Assembly (NCBI GenBank): GCA_040954595.2
Contig: CM082583.2
Span: 7,810,849-7,874,848, forward strand
Direction of reading: 5' to 3'
DNA from: Balanoglossus misakiensis
Taxonomy: Eukaryota > Animalia > Hemichordata
Length of the DNA stretch: 64,000 nt
The notes beneath the pieces were generated by a model. The model had not been told where the DNA came from. It made no database searches and saw only the letters and a list, made by a program, of their open reading frames with translations. Below, piece by piece: positions 15,501 to 26,900 of this stretch. The stretch's first letter is position 1. Each line of letters begins with the position of its first letter. A program made the position numbers and the translations under genes.

Positions 15501-18500
15501 TTCGACTTTCCCAGATATCAAAATTTCTTCATTTTTTCGAAAAAACCATGGGTTATAGCCCATGAAAATCGTCCAAAAATGACAATTTTTCGACTTTCCG
15601 AGATATCAAAAATTCTTCATTTTTTCGAAAAAACCATGGGTTATAGCCCATGAAAATCGTCCAAAAATGACAATTTTTCGACTTTCCGAGATATCAAAAA
15701 TTCTTCATTTTTTCGAAAAAACCATGGGTTATAGCCCATGAAAATCGTCCAAAAATGACAATTTTTCGACTTTCCGAGATATCAAAAATTCTTCATTTTT
15801 TCGAAAAAACCATGGGTTATAGCCCATGAAAATCGTCCAAAAATGACAATTTTTCGACTTTCCGAGATATCAAAAATTCTTCATTTTTTCGAAAAAACCA
15901 TGGGTTATAGCCCATAAAAATCGACCAAAAATGACAATTTTTCGACTTTCCGAGATATCAAAATTTCTTCATTTTTTCGAAAAAACCATGGGTTATAGCC
16001 CATGAAAATCGTCCAAAAATGACAATTTGTCGACTTTCCTAGATATCAAAAATTCTTCATTTTTTCGAAAAAACCATGGGTTATAGCCCATGAAAATCGT
16101 CCAAAAATGACAATTTTTCGACTTTCCGAGATATCAAAAATTCTTCATTTTTTCGAAAAAACCATGGGTTATAGCCCATGAAAATCGTCCAAAAATGACA
16201 ATTTTTCGACTTTCCGAGATATCAAAATTTCTTCATTTTTTCGAAAAAACCATGGGTTATAGCCCATGAAAATCGTCCAAAAATGACAATTTTTCGACTT
16301 TCCGAGATATCAAAATTTCTTCATTTTTTCGAAAAAACCATGGGTTATAGCCCATGAAAATCGTCCAAAAATGACAATTTTTCGACTTTCCGAGATATCA
16401 AAATTTCTTCATTTTTTCGAAAAAACCATGGGTTATAGCCCATGAAAATCGTCCAAAAATGACAATTTTTCGACTTTCCGAGATATCAAAATTTCTTCAT
16501 TTTTTCGAAAAAACCATGGGTTATAGCCCATGAAAATCGTCCAAAAATGACAATTTTTCGACTTTCCGAGATATCAAAAATTCTTCATTTTTTCGAAAAA
16601 ACCATGGGTTATAGCCCATGAAAATCGTCCAAAAATGGCAATTTTTCGACTTTCCGAGATATCAAAAATTCTTCATTTTTTCGAAAAAACCATGGGTTAT
16701 AGCCCATGAAAATCGTCCAAAAATGACAATTTTTCGACTTTCCGAGATATCAAAAATTCTTCATTTTTTCGAAAAAAACCATGGGTTATAGCCCATGAAA
16801 ATCGTCCAAAAATGACAATTTTTCGACTTTCCGAGATATCAAAAATTCTTCATTTTTTCGAAAAAACCATGGGTTATAGCCCATGAAAATCGTCCAAAAA
16901 TGACAATTTTTCGACTTTCCGAGATATCAAAAATTCTTCATTTTTTCGAAAAAAACCATGGGTTATAGCCCATGAAAATCGTCCAAAAATGACAATTTTT
17001 CGACTTTCCGAGATATCAAAAATTCTTCATTTTTTCGAAAAAAACATGGGTTATAGCCCATGAAAATCGTCCAAAAATGACAATTTTTCGACTTTCCGAG
17101 ATATCAAAAATTCTTCATTTTTTCGAAAAAACCATGGGTTATAGCCCATGAAAATCGTCCAAAAATGACAATTTTTCGACTTTCCGAGATATCAAAAATT
17201 CTTCATTTTTTCGAAAAAACCATGGGTTATAGCCCATGAAAATCGTCCAAAAATGACAATTTTTCGACTTTCCGAGATATCAAAAATTCTTCATTTTTTC
17301 GAAAAAACCATGGGTTATAGCCCATGAAAATCGTCCAAAAATGACAATTTTTCGACTTTCCGAGATATCAAAATTTCTTCATTTTTTCGAAAAAACCATG
17401 GGTTATAGCCCATGAAAATCGTCCAAAAATGACAATTTTTCGACTTTCCGAGATATCAAAATTTCTTCATTTTTTCGAAAAAACCATGGGTTATAGCCCA
17501 TGAAAATCGTCCAAAAATGACAATTTTTCGACTTTCCGAGATATCAAAATTTCTTCATTTTTTCGAAAAAACCATGGGTTATAGCCCATGAAAATCGTCC
17601 AAAAATGACAATTTTTCGACTTTCCGAGATATCAAAAATTCTTCATTTTTTCGAAAAAACCATGGGTTATAGCCCATGAAAATCGTCCAAAAATGACAAT
17701 TTTTCGACTTTCCGAGATATCAAAATTTCTTCATTTTTTCGAAAAAACCATGGGTTATAGCCCATGAAAATCGTCCAAAAATGACAATTTTTCGACTTTC
17801 CGAGATATCAAAAATTCTTCATTTTTTCGAAAAAACCATGGGTTATAGCCCATGAAAATCGTCCAAAAATGACAATTTTTCGACTTTCCGAGATATCAAA
17901 AATTCTTCATTTTTTCGAAAAAACCATGGGTTATAGCCCATGAAAATCGTCCAAAAATGACAATTTTTCGACTTTCCGAGATATCAAAAATTCTTCATTT
18001 TTTCGAAAAAACCATGGGTTATAGCCCATGAAAATCGTCCAAAAATGACAATTTTTCGACTTTCCGAGATATCAAAAATTCTTCATTTTTTCGAAAAAAC
18101 CATGGGTTATAGCCCATGAAAATCGTCCAAAAATGACAATTTTTCGACTTTCCGAGATATCAAAAATTCTTCATTTTTTCGAAAAAACCATGGGTTATAG
18201 CCCATGAAAATCGTCCAAAAATGACAATTTTTCGACTTTCCGAGATATCAAAAATTCTTCATTTTTTCGAAAAAACCATGGGTTATAGCCCATGAAAATC
18301 GTCCAAAAATGACAATTTTTCGACTTTCCGAGATATCAAAATTTCTTCATTTTTTCGAAAAAACCATGGGTTATAGCCCATGAAAATCGTCCAAAAATGA
18401 CAATTTTTCGACTTTCCGAGATATCAAAAATTCTTCATTTTTTCGAAAAAACCATGGGTTATAGCCCATGAAAATCGTCCAAAAATGACAATTTTTCGAC

Positions 18501-20882
18501 TTTCCGAGATATCAAAAATTCTTCATTTTTTCGAAAAAACCATGGGTTATAGCCCATGAAAATCGTCCAAAAATGACAATTTTTCGACTTTCCGAGATAT
18601 CAAAAATTCTTCATTTTTTCGAAAAAACCATGGGTTATAGCCCATGAAAATCGTCCAAAAATGACAATTTTTCGACTTTCCGAGATATCAAAAATTCTTC
18701 ATTTTTTCGAAAAAACCATGGGTTATAGCCCATGAAAATCGTCCAAAAATGACAATTTTTCGACTTTCCGAGATATCAAAAATTCTTCATTTTTTCGAAA
18801 AAACCATGGGTTATAGCCCATGAAAATCGTCCAAAAATGACAATTTTTCGACTTTCCGAGATATCAAAAATTCTTCATTTTTTCGAAAAAACCATGGGTT
18901 ATAGCCCATGAAAATCGTCCAAAAATGACAATTTTTCGACTTTCCGAGATATCAAAAATTCTTCATTTTTTCGAAAAAACCATGGGTTATAGCCCATGAA
19001 AATCGTCCAAAAATGACAATTTTTCGACTTTCCGAGATATCAAAAATTCTTCATTTTTTCGAAAAAACCATGGGTTATAGCCCATGAAAATCGTCCAAAA
19101 ATGACAATTTTTCGACTTTCCGGGATATCAAAAATTCTTCATTTTTTCGAAAAAACCATGGGTTATAGCCCATGAAAATCGTCCAAAAATGACAATTTTT
19201 CGACTTTCCGAGATATCAAAAATTCTTCATTTTTTCGAAAAAACCATGGGTTATAGCCCATGAAAATCGTCCAAAAATGACAATTTTTCGACTTTCCGAG
19301 ATATCAAAAATTCTTCATTTTTTCGAAAAAACCATGGGTTATAGCCCATGAAAATCGTCCAAAAATGACAATTTTTCGACTTTCCGAGATATCAAAAATT
19401 CTTCATTTTTTCGAAAAAACCATGGGTTATAGCCCATGAAAATCGTCCAAAAATGACAATTTTTCGACTTTCCGAGATATCAAAAATTCTTCATTTTTTC
19501 GAAAAAACCATGGGTTATAGCCCATGAAAATCGTCCAAAAATGACAATTTTTCGACTTTCCGAGATATCAAAAATTCTTCATTTTTTCGAAAAAACCATG
19601 GGTTATAGCCCATGAAAATCGTCCAAAAATGACAATTTTTCGACTTTCCGAGATATCAAAAATTCTTCATTTTTTCGAAAAAACCATGGGTTATAGCCCA
19701 TGAAAATCGTCCAAAAATGACAATTTTTCGACTTTCCGAGATATCAAAAATTCTTCATTTTTTCGAAAAAACCATGGGTTATAGCCCATGAAAATCGTCC
19801 AAAAATGACAATTTTTCGACTTTCCGAGATATCAAAAATTCTTCATTTTTTCGAAAAAACCATGGGTTATAGCCCATGAAAATCGTCCAAAAATGACAAT
19901 TTTTCGACTTTCCGAGATATCAAAAATTCTTCATTTTTTCGAAAAAACCATGGGTTATAGCCCATGAAAATCGTCCAAAAATGACAATTTTTCGACTTTC
20001 CGAGATATCAAAATTTCTTCATTTTTTCGAAAAAACCATGGGTTATAGCCCATGAAAATCGTCCAAAAATGACAATTTTTCGACTTTCCGAGATATCAAA
20101 ATTTCTTCATTTTTTCGAAAAAACCATGGGTTATAGCCCATGAAAATCGTCCAAAAATGACAATTTTTCGACTTTCCGAGATATCAAAAATTCTTCATTT
20201 TTTCGAAAAAACCATGGGTTATAGCCCATGAAAATCGTCCAAAAATGACAATTTTTCGACTTTCCGAGATATCAAAATTTCTTCATTTTTTCGAAAAAAC
20301 CATGGGTTATAGCCCATGAAAATCGTCCAAAAATGACAATTTTTCGACTTTCCGAGATATCAAAATTTCTTCATTTTTTCGAAAAAACCATGGGTTATAG
20401 CCCATGAAAATCGTCCAAAAATGACAATTTTTCGACTTTCCGAGATATCAAAAATTCTTCATTTTTTCGAAAAAACCATGGGTTATAGCCCATGAAAATC
20501 GTCCAAAAATGACAATTTTTCGACTTTCCGAGATATCAAAAATTCTTCATTTTTTCGAAAAAACCATGGGTTATAGCCCATGAAAATCGTCCAAAAATGA
20601 CAATTTTTCGACTTTCCGAGATATCAAAAATTCTTCATTTTTTCGAAAAAACCATGGGTTATAGCCCATGAAAATCGTCCAAAAATGACAATTTTTCGAC
20701 TTTCCGAGATATCAAAATTTCTTCATTTTTTCGAAAAAACCATGGGTTATAGCCCATGAAAATCGTCCAAAAATGACAATTTTTCGACTTTCCGAGATAT
20801 CAAAAATTCTTCATTTTTTCGAAAAAACCATGGGTTATAGCCCATGAAAATCGTCCGAGATATCAAAATTTCTTCATTTTTT
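588..20882 (+). repeat. 88-bp tandem satellite array, forward block, ~230 copies
   Basis: Monomer ccatgggttatagcccatgaaaatcgtccaaaaatgacaatttttcgactttccgagatatcaaaa(t/a)ttcttcattttttcgaaaaaa recurs every 88 bp (ccatggg at 1441, 1529 ... 1881). Copies are near-identical, with no spacers. The first copy (588-648) is degenerate. Confidence 0.98.
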
Positions 20883-20884
20883 CT

Positions 20885-23054
20885 AAAAAATGAAGAAATT
20901 TTGATATCTCGGAAAGTCGAAAAATTGTCATTTTTGGACGATTTTCATGGGCTATAACCCATGGTTTTTTCGAAAAAATGAAGAATTTTTGATATCTCGG
21001 AAAGTCGAAAAATTGTCATTTTTGGACGATTTTCATGGGCTATAACCCATGGTTTTTTCGAAAAAATGAAGAATTTTTGATATCTAGGAAAGTCGACAAA
21101 TTGTCATTTTTGGACGATTTTCATGGGCTATAACCCATGGTTTTTTCGAAAAAATGAAGAAATTTTGATATCTCGGAAAGTCGAAAAATTGTCATTTTTG
21201 GTCGATTTTTATGGGCTATAACCCATGGTTTTTTCGAAAAAATGAAGAAATTTTGATATCTCGGAAAGTCGAAAAATTGTCATTTTTGGACGATTTTCAT
21301 GGGCTATAACCCATGGTTTTTTCGAAAAAATGAAGAATTTTTGATATCTCGGAAAGTCGAAAAATTGTCATTTTTGGACGATTTTCATGGGCTATAACCC
21401 ATGGTTTTTTCGAAAAAATGAAGAAATTTTGATATCTCGGAAAGTCGAAAAATTGTCATTTTTGGACGATTTTCATGGGCTATAACCCATGGTTTTTTCG
21501 AAAAAATGAAGAAATTTTGATATCTCGGAAAGTCGAAAAATTGTCATTTTTGGACGATTTTCATGGGCTATAACCCATGGTTTTTTCGAAAAAATGAAGA
21601 AATTTTGATATTTCGGAAAGTCGAAAAATTGTCATTTTTGGTCGATTTTTATGGGCTATAACCCATGGTTTTTTCGAAAAAATGAAGAAATTTTGATATC
21701 TCGGAAAGTCGAAAAATTGTCATTTTTGGACGATTTTCATGGGCTAACCCATGGTTTTTTCGAAAAAATGAAGAAATTTTGATATCTCGGAAAGTCGAAA
21801 AATTGTCATTTTTGGACGATTTTCATGGGCTATAACCCATGTTTTTTTCGAAAAAATGAAGAAATTTTGATATCTGGGAAAGTCGAAAAATTGTCATTTT
21901 TGGACGATTTTCATGGGCTATAACCCATGGTTTTTTCGAAAAAATGAAGAAATTTTGATATCTCGGAAAGTCGAAAAATTGTCATTTTTGGACGATTTTC
22001 ATGGGCTATAACCCATGGTTTTTTCGAATAAATGAAGAAATTTTGATATCTCGGAAAGTCGAAAAATTGTCATTTTTGGACGATTTTCATGGGCTATAAC
22101 CCATGGTTTTTTCGAAAAAATGAAGAATTTTTGATATCTCGGAAAGTCGAAAAATTGTCATTTTTGGACGATTTTCATGGGCTATAACCCATGGTTTTTT
22201 CGAAAAAATGAAGAATTTTTAATATCTCGGAAAGTCGAAAAATTGTCATTTTTGGACGATTTTCATGGGCTATAACCCATGGTTTTTTCGAAAAAATGAA
22301 GAATTTTTGATATCTCGGAAAGTCGAAAAATTGTCATTTTTGGACGATTTTCATGGGCTATAACCCATGGTTTTTTCGAAAAAATGAAGAAATTTTGATA
22401 TCTCGGAAAGTCGAAAAATTGTCATTTTTGGACGATTTTCATGGGCTATAACCCATGGTTTTTTCGAAAAAATGAAGAAATTTTGATATCTCGGAAAGTC
22501 GAAAAATTGTCATTTTTGGACGATTTTCATGGGCTATAACCCATGGTTTTTTCGAAAAAATGAAGAAATTTTGATATTTCGGAAAGTCGAAAAATTGTCA
22601 TTTTTGGTCGATTTTTATGGGCTATAACCCATGGTTTTTTCGAAAAAATGAAGAAATTTTGATATCTCGGAAAGTCGAAAAATTGTCATTTTTGGACGAT
22701 TTTCATGGGCTATAACCCATGGTTTTTTCGAAAAAATGAAGAAATTTTGATATCTCGGAAAGTCGAAAAATTGTCATTTTTGGACGATTTTCATGGGCTA
22801 TAACCCATGGTTTTTTCGAAAAAATGAAGAAATTTTGATATCTCGGAAAGTCGAAAAATTGTCATTTTTGGACGATTTTCATGGGCTAGAAATTTTGATA
22901 TTTCGGAAAATCGAAAAATTGTCATTTTTGGACGATATTCATGAGCTATAACCCATGGTTTTTTCGGAAAAATGAAGAAATTTTGATATTTCGGAAAGTC
23001 GAAAAATTGTCATTTTTGGACGATTTTCATGGGCTATAAGCTCATGAAAATCGT
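20885..23054 (-). repeat. 88-bp satellite, inverted block, ~24 copies
   Basis: Reverse complement of the same monomer (aaaaaatgaagaaattttgatatctcggaaagtcgaaaaattgtc...) begins at 20885. It is more degenerate toward 22860-23054. Confidence 0.98.
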
Positions 23055-23214
23055 ATGTATGTATGTATGTATGTATGTATGTATGTATGTATGTATGTAT
23101 GTATGTATGTATGTATGTATGTATGTATGTATGTATGTATGTATGTATGTATGTATGTATGTATGTATGTATGTACATGTATGTATGTATGTATGTATGT
23201 TTTATGTATGTATG
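23053..23214. repeat. (TATG)n microsatellite
   Basis: About 30 perfect gtat/tatg units followed by a degenerate tail, directly abutting the satellite end. Confidence 0.97.
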
Positions 23215-23921
23215 TTATATATGGGTCAACATGACGCAGTTAAGAGGACAGAACGCGACGGTTTTGCTCGTATGGTCTCTTTTGTAGTGCTACATATGGT
23301 CGCTTATAATTCTTGAAAGCGAGGTCACATCCCGCATACTTAAGCTTATTTATACTTTTTTCAATTATTGTTTTATTATTCCAAACCTGCCGAAAATACC
23401 AGTACAAATCGTTGCGTGTATTGTACAGTGACCCACAACAATGCACGTGGTCATTATTACAAGTCAACAAACAAAACAAAGTGAAATGCGCATTTGCACA
23501 TTATTTTCATGATTTTATTTTTTAATTGCGTCAAGTTGTATTCATATCATCTTGCCTGTCTGCAATTAATCACCATTCATTGATGACCACGTATATTATG
23601 ACAACAAGTTGACCTCCTGCGTTCCTGAGTCGTTGAAGAAAAATACAATACTTTAAAAACGGCACCAAAATTATAAAAAATACTAAACGTTCACTTACCG
23701 GCAAGGAAAATCCATGGAGAGATTTTTTTACCGTTTCCGGGGTAGCCTTAGTATGTTGGTGTTTTCCGTGATGTGGACATTGGTATGCATATGACGTACA
23801 ATATGGTGAATATACGGTGTGTACAGTGCCGTATGTGTTTTGTTTCGTTTGTCTGTATGTAAAACATCTGTACGTGTATCTTGTTAAAGGTTTCAAATCT
23901 TTGCGACAGATTTATTAGCAG

Positions 23922-23973
23922 TGTTGCTGCTGCTGCTGTTGTTGTTGTTGTTGTTGCATCTGTTGTTGTTGTT
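23922..23973. repeat. (GCT)n/(GTT)n trinucleotide microsatellite
   Basis: tgttgctgctgctgctgttgttgttgttgttgttgcatctgttgttgttgtt. Confidence 0.9.
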
Positions 23974-26900
23974 AGCTTGTTGGACATTACTTTATTATAG
24001 TCGAGCGGTATATACAATCAGCCGTAGAACGGACACGATCCGCGTGTGTGTTTATATGTGTGTGTCTATGAGTCTTCGTGTTAAAGACGTCAGATGTGTA
24101 CGGCATTACTAGTAATTATATGTCAACAACACTTGCAATGATATGTGCCAGAGTGAAATTTGCAATCACCATTTCCAAATTTATGCCTAACTGTCAGGGG
24201 ATCACTGGGAGCGCATTGGCGTTTGCGAGTTTGTTGCCATGGAGCTTGTCCTGTGGTGACGGTCCCTGCACAGGTGTCGTGTTGTTATCGTTTCATCATA
24301 ATCTACTATTACTATTTGTTGTCTCTCGATATTTTAATCAAATGTGCTTTCGATTAATCGGGGTGTTTTCTTTTCCTGGTCGTGTTCGCTTGAAATTCCT
24401 CCCTCGCGTTGACACGCTCTGTGTAGCGTAACGACTACTTATGTCTAGAGATGATGAAATGCACTGTTGCGGACATTTCTCACGTCTACGGGGAAATTTA
24501 TCGCCCCGGGTTCGGGCATCAAGCAAAGAATGCTTTAATATTGCCCCTAACTCCGACCTTCCTGAAAAATAATCAATTACTTGTCGCTGGGTGTTACACC
24601 GATGAATCGATATTCATCACTATCGCATGCAGTTCGTCACTGAAGTCTAGCGTGTGTGGGCAAATAGACGATAACCATAAAAGCTGCGAAAATCAACCTT
24701 TGCAAGCGACCGTGTTAGTTTATAATTCAACGCATCAATGTTTCGTTTTCTAAAATAATCCTAAAGAGACTAATTTTCCAAAGCCTGTCTGTCATTTGCC
24801 GTAATTTGTTAAAATGACCTCCCCAGCTTCCCCTTCTAAAAAGGCCTGGGGGACTCCCCGAGTACCACGGCCATGATGGCAATTTACAAGTAATTCATTT
24901 GAACAGAATGTGCGCAGTCTCAGACGCCTTGGGACTCAGCATCTCCGAGGGCGCCTCGAGGGATATAATCGGACGCACCCTTGGATGCGATCGATTAGGG
25001 TTGTCCTAACCCTGGACCGCAACCCTGGGCACATTCGATTAAATTCCTCCCAAGACGCCAGACAGATGTAAACATGCACCCCGAGAAAGTTGTTGATTAG
25101 ACCTCGGGGATATTCAAAATGGCGGACGACGTCAATGAAAGGACCAAAATCAACCTTGACGAACGTTTTAGCCAGATTCGCAAAATATCAACATATTAAC
25201 CTCTAATTTACTCACACATTCGTAAAAAAGACCAATTTTCTAACACCCTCATTACGTTATATTAAAATGTTATCCCCCTTGGATTTCCCTATTTAAGGGC
25301 TTGGGGACTCCCAGAGTATACTCTCGTGGCCGAGGCCGGGTAGTTCTTCAAAAAATTGGAAATTCAAAATCAGTGTTCGGGAACGAGGTTCAACAGAAAA
25401 ATACTTGGTCAGACTTTTCTTTTTTTTTAACTTCATCATAAAATATCATTATAATATCTCAGATAGAGAAGAGGCTGCAAACATCTGGACAGACATACTG
25501 ACGTATTTGCGGAAGTCACTCTCCCTGATGGGGCGTAAAAGAAACCAAATACAGTGCATTACAATTATACTAATATTTACTCATAAATGGTTAAATGGTC
25601 GCTTAAAACGATTGCTTGGGTAAACGTGACACTTAGTATGCCCATCGACCTGTAGAGTAACTTGGATAGAAAATTCCTCTTTTTTTAAGATTCTTTTTTT
25701 ATTTCATTTATTTTCTAAACGTTCTTAAGTGAATATTATCTTGACTTGATTGCAGAGAGAAGAATCAATAGACGAGAACGTTTAGGGTCGAGTGACCTAC
25801 CATTGCATTACCAATATCCCCCATACAGGCATAATCTTCTTACGTCACAAAATTTCTTCAGAAAATTGAGATTAGCAATGCCGCAGGGCATATCACTCCT
25901 ATACAATCAGACGAAATGGCGAGTGCAGACACGAAGCTATCCCGGTGAGGTATATGGTTTCATTGGCAGAAAGCACTGAGGTCGTTAAGGTGAGTGTAAA
26001 CTTTTTATCCCATTCTTTCGTCTAATTAACCTATTTAAAATTGTTAGAGGTAGGGACACGACCTATGGAGTCATTTTTTGTTGGTTTCTGACAGCATTGA
26101 ACTGGGTTGCAATGTATCTAGTCACCAAAAAAGATACTGCGAGGGGTGATTATACGCCGAGTGGCAATTATCGACGCTGCGCTACTGAGCCGATCCAACT
26201 CCTATAGACTACGAAAAATTTTACGAGAATTAATTTGTATTCGGTTTCCGAGAAGAAACCATGGCGGACATCCAGGACACGAGTGTAAAAAAGAGCGTAA
26301 AGTTTCAAACAGTGCTCCGCTCTCCATGATTAGTGAAAACGTCTCTATAATCCTGTAAAATTAATACATGTATAAGTGGCATAGAAGAACATAAAGGCGT
26401 CATGGAGATATTTATGGTTGAATGTGTTTATGACATTCGTTATGAATCCGTTCAAAACTGTGAAACTGAAAGAATAGAATTTGTCGTCTTTCTGTCTACA
26501 GTTCACATTGCGCCCGGCTGGGAACCATATACCTAAAGCGAATAATGTGTTATTTGCGTTTTTCGGCACGAACTGCAAGGGCTTGCCTAAGTATAGTTCA
26601 TTGACGTCACTGTATTTAGACAGTCTAAAGAAGGGCTGTGCGGCACGTGTACGCTGCGCCGTGCCATTGAACTGTCTCTCAGCGGAGAAGGGCGAACATT
26701 AATTCGCCATTGTACATCACTCATGGCAAAGAGAGAAGACATATCGGTTGAAAGTTTATGGTAAAAATGGGTCACCCAAAATAAAGACACTCGACAGAAC
26801 GTCTGTACTATCCGATACACGGTTTTGCACTCAACACGCCCGTGGTCCCTGAGTTTCCACCACGGACAACCAATTGGTTACGTGTCATTCGACTTTGACG

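Noticed and set aside
588-23054. CRISPR-like array (regular repeats with a palindromic core)
   Set aside because: No unique spacers, no cas genes, and a eukaryotic intron-containing context. It is a contiguous tandem satellite.
22939-23316. ORFs of MYVC/YIHT repeats
   Set aside because: Translations of the (TATG)n microsatellite.
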